From an uncultured Chitinophagaceae bacterium (GTDB taxonomy: Bacteria; Bacteroidota; Bacteroidia; Chitinophagales; CAIOSU01), in NCBI GenBank assembly GCA_964543705.1, contig CAZIZP010000018.1, positions 12,107-76,106 on the forward strand: a stretch of 64,000 nt of DNA, in the 5' to 3' direction. The position numbers and the translations under genes were made by a program. Shown one piece after another: positions 61,801 through 64,000 of this stretch (its first letter is position 1; every line of letters begins with the position of its first letter). The notes under the pieces were generated by a model, which saw nothing but the letters and a program-made list of their open reading frames with translations, searched no databases and was not told where the DNA came from.

Positions 61801-63049
61801 ACCTGTAACCAACCCGCTATACCGTTGTAATGTAGATTCTGTATCGGCCACCTCGCCTTATGGCAACATATTAGAACTAATAGAAAATGCTGCGGTAATA
61901 GATAATTGTGCCCAATCACTATGGCATGTAAAATCTACCGGCAACCTTACCGATGCCAGAGGCTATGCCGTAAACGCAGCCGCCAACACTACCTTAACCT
62001 TTACCGGCACGGTAAACAACGATGATAAAACCTATGGCCCATTAGGCCGCCAGACAGGCAGCTTAGACCAATGGAATGGTAACAACACCACTACAAGAGG
62101 CTGGCACTTGGTAAGCAACCCCTACCCAAGCCCCATTACCTTTACCAATGGCAGCTTAGGCGGCAGCTTCGATAATCAAATACAATTATTCGATGGCAGC
62201 AGCTTTACACCGTTTACTTTAAACAGCGGACCGGTAACCGTAGCCGTAGGGCAGGGCTTTCAGATAAGAGTAGCTACTGAAGGCGGCAGCGGCACCTTCT
62301 CGGTAAACAATAATATGCGTGTAGCGGGCAACCCTACTTTTTATCGTCAGCAATCGCCATTCAGCCAATATGTAGATATAACGCTAAGCAATAGCCAATA
62401 CAGCGATAAATCTACTGTGTACTTTGAAGACGATGCTACTACAGCATTCGATTCAAAATACGATGCCAACCGATTGTTTGGTGCAAAACACATTCCATTG
62501 CTCTACACTAAGGAAACCAATGGAGAATACCTGGCCTATAATGCTTTGCCGTTATTAGAAGCGGGCAATACACAAACCGTACCTGTAGGCATATATGATG
62601 GCAGTACCCCGGGCGAGTTCACTTTAAGCTTTGATGGTATTACTACCTTAAATGCAACGGTAATGTTAGAAGACTTAAAGCTAAATACCCTACAACAAGT
62701 AACCGAAGGCAGCACTTACACCTTCACTACCGAAGCAGGTGATAGCAGAGACAGATTCTTGTTACACTTTGAAGCCAATTTGGCTACAGGAATAGCATTC
62801 TCAACTAAAGAAGGGGTAAGGCTATTCCCTAATCCTACCACAGGCGAAACCAATTTAATATTGAATGAAAACCACGGTTACAGCAAAGCAGTAATTGTAG
62901 ATATTTCAGGCAGAATGGTTCAAACCTACGAGTTGAATAAAACCAACACTAAAGAGACCTTGAACACTGCATCATTGAATAATGGTATTTATTTTATTCA
63001 GCTAACAGGCAGCAATAGTAACCAAACGTTGAAACTGATTAAGCAGTAA
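58832..63049 (+). CDS. Large modular T9SS type A cargo: delta-60 repeats, Ig-like, lectin-like, putative metal-binding (DCDD...DEDC) motif
   Basis: Seven LQPDGKIIIGG repeats; WYLDADNDNY...GDCDDNNAAINPGATEICGNSIDEDC; LFPNPTT...NGIYFIQL. Confidence 0.9.
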   Translation: MNKLTLFIHRNRKSIFILLLCTLLSSMGIAQPGAIDLSFNPGSGANDEVKSISLQQDGKIIIAGYFTSYRGVGRNRVARVNNDGTIDNTFNLGTGANSNIWSTSIQPDGKILIGGEFTSYNGTARNYIARLNADGSIDPSFNTGSGPGNFVTSISLQSDGKIIIVGGFSSFNGTSRNGIARLNSDGSLDATFNPGTGVNFTIWTSSIQADGKIIIGGSFTSFNGVGRIRVARLNTNGSLDNTFNPGLGAEHSFNPAYILTTLIQPDGKIIIGGYFNSYNGTARNYITRLNANGSLDATFNTGTGTDWQVNTTALQPDGKIIIGGQFTSYNGTARSRIARLNANGTLDATFNSTGTGFINATALQPDGKILIGGSFTSYNGTARNRVARVLNPPPYQATFTAMSTGSATWCAGETRTVSVTVTNIGSATWTNSGPDVNIGATWSNDLSYPWRVNANNLAPGQSQTYNITVTAPASPGSYTLQFDVVKEGDCWFGNNNGSCGPGNAAYVSAAQTVSGSIATATLTGGSICPPATGADVTLAASETGANYQLYKTIFKDDFETYTGWSTYGTGVVAQSSAQAQQGTFSLHKTTNGDPNGGIKAIGQTVGNTFLFEGWMLQASGTQSNRIAFLDGSGNGYSLRVTNTTIGVERRNAGVATVISSNVAWARPAGVWFRFVFTGNGNGTYTLNIYDIAGTLQASVTSNTDNTFNSFTQIAVVGGNDYHVDNIRLSIPQGGAVAGTGSPLVWSNIPVGEYQVYSGVTSNCSRVLSSVATVEQLTASTWYLDADNDNYYTTTQSACTSPGAGWTSTLPAGGSGDCDDNNAAINPGATEICGNSIDEDCSGSDLTCPTFTWTGNSNTLWNESGNWSGGNIPTATDNAIIPDVSGGSGNFPTINTAVSIADITIATNATLDISANQSLTVSGVLTNNGTITVASGGSLVQEDGSTLAGSGTYIVERAITAGQRFIGSPIESHSVNGFGIAPSGTNGGQIIPVTNPLYRCNVDSVSATSPYGNILELIENAAVIDNCAQSLWHVKSTGNLTDARGYAVNAAANTTLTFTGTVNNDDKTYGPLGRQTGSLDQWNGNNTTTRGWHLVSNPYPSPITFTNGSLGGSFDNQIQLFDGSSFTPFTLNSGPVTVAVGQGFQIRVATEGGSGTFSVNNNMRVAGNPTFYRQQSPFSQYVDITLSNSQYSDKSTVYFEDDATTAFDSKYDANRLFGAKHIPLLYTKETNGEYLAYNALPLLEAGNTQTVPVGIYDGSTPGEFTLSFDGITTLNATVMLEDLKLNTLQQVTEGSTYTFTTEAGDSRDRFLLHFEANLATGIAFSTKEGVRLFPNPTTGETNLILNENHGYSKAVIVDISGRMVQTYELNKTNTKETLNTASLNNGIYFIQLTGSNSNQTLKLIKQ

Positions 63050-63060
63050 ACCCAGACACA

Positions 63061-63095
63061 CAAACCCGCAAGGTTTTCAAAACCTTGCGGGTTTG
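63061..63095. repeat. Perfect 17-bp inverted repeat (REP-like or terminator)
   Basis: CAAACCCGCAAGGTTTT-C-AAAACCTTGCGGGTTTG. Confidence 0.8.
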
Positions 63096-63157
63096 TTTAA
63101 AATAATTGAAAACTAATCCCGATAGCTATCAGGACTGATTACTGAAAACTTAGCATA

Positions 63158-63388
63158 ATGAAAAATATACTTTTTAAAATAGCCCTAACCATCATAGTTG
63201 CAATATGCAGCATTACTATAGCACAGGCACAAATATTTCCACCACCACAGCCCCCGCAACAAAATAATAATGTACCCTTAGACCCCTTAAGCTGGACATT
63301 ACTGGCAGCCGGAGGTGGCGTAGCAGCTAAAAGGTATTATGATAAAAAGAACAACAGAAAAGAAAACGATAAGAATACAGAAGAATAA
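63158..63388 (+). CDS. Minimal PID-CTERM-like sorting-signal protein
   Basis: Signal peptide, Pro/Gln spacer, VPLDPLSWTLLAAGGGVAAKRYY (motif + TM + basic tail). Confidence 0.7.
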   Translation: MKNILFKIALTIIVAICSITIAQAQIFPPPQPPQQNNNVPLDPLSWTLLAAGGGVAAKRYYDKKNNRKENDKNTEE

Positions 63389-63479
63389 ATTCATTCTCAG
63401 TTTTTGCGGCTATTAAATTGAGAACCAACAGGCAGCGAGCAGTACTACTGCTCGTTGCTACTTTTTAAATGGGTAATTA

Positions 63480-64000
63480 ATGCAACAAATAGGCACCTAC
63501 TACGGAACCGTAAAACATAAAAAGAAAGTAAAAGACCGCTGGTATCATAAAGCAAGGCGTGTATTATATTCAGCATTAATTTTTACAGTATGCTACATAG
63601 CGGTAGTAGTGTTATATCAGCAGTTATTAAAAACCTTTTTTGTAATGTATGGCTATACCGAAGCCGAAGCCACTTACAATCAGTTAAACAACCTTCCTGT
63701 AGATCCCTTTCAGTGGAACAGAAAAGTAGTTACGCTCATATTTGGTGGGGTTCCTTCTATATTTTTCATTTTAGGAATTGTTTTTGTTTCGGTATTATGG
63801 TGGATGGAAGAAGTATATAATAATATAAGGCTGGTAATATTGTGGCTGGCTGTCTTAAGTTTCAACTTATTTTACACTTCGGTAATTATTGCACCGGCAG
63901 GAAATGCCAGTTATATAACCGGCTTATACAATGGCTTTGCAGTGGTAGCAGCATGGTGGTATGTAAAAAATATATTTCTAATACCGGCTGTAGTTTTTTT
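63480..64000 (+). CDS. Hypothetical polytopic membrane protein (runs off window)
   Basis: Manual translation MQQIGTYYGTVKHKKKVKDRWYHKARRVLYSALIF..., several hydrophobic segments, open to 64000. Confidence 0.7.
   Translation, partial: MQQIGTYYGTVKHKKKVKDRWYHKARRVLYSALIFTVCYIAVVVLYQQLLKTFFVMYGYTEAEATYNQLNNLPVDPFQWNRKVVTLIFGGVPSIFFILGIVFVSVLWWMEEVYNNIRLVILWLAVLSFNLFYTSVIIAPAGNASYITGLYNGFAVVAAWWYVKNIFLIPAVVF

Noticed and set aside
51905-63049. Diversity-generating retroelement acting on the delta-60 genes
   Set aside because: No reverse transcriptase, and no template/variable repeat pair with adenine-specific differences was seen.
63590-63820. 76-aa plus-strand ORF
   Set aside because: Out-of-frame overlap with the longer membrane-protein ORF starting at 63480.

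Overview
AT-rich (roughly 35% GC by eye) chromosomal segment of a Bacteroidota bacterium, judged from T9SS cargo proteins, porX, TAnnTTTG promoters and a Flavobacteria-type 6S-like RNA. About 11-48 kb is mostly housekeeping: ABC-F, accA, tRNA-Asp, aconitase, ftsE, acs, bioA, M1 peptidase, queA, rpsO-pnp, purC, accC, pyrE, lpdA. Two accessory zones stand out. (i) 5.5-10.4 kb holds a 6S-like RNA, an orphan dnaK-like 3' tail with its terminator, small hypothetical and frameshifted ORFs, and a ~620-bp insert bracketed by a 78-bp duplication of a gene end that carries a 42-nt tandem array. (ii) 48-63.4 kb holds a sensor kinase/LytTR pair, two delta-60-repeat T9SS proteins, a VapBC-like pair between ~150-bp direct repeats, and a LuxR gene followed by a second 42-nt double-palindrome array and an uncharacterised helical protein. 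The best candidates for undescribed biology are the two related 42-nt arrays with their LuxR/helical-protein cassette, and a stand-alone 112-nt tRNA-like RNA with a GUC anticodon on a Leu/Ser-type body with a 43-nt variable arm. All family assignments come from motif recognition by eye; no searches were run.
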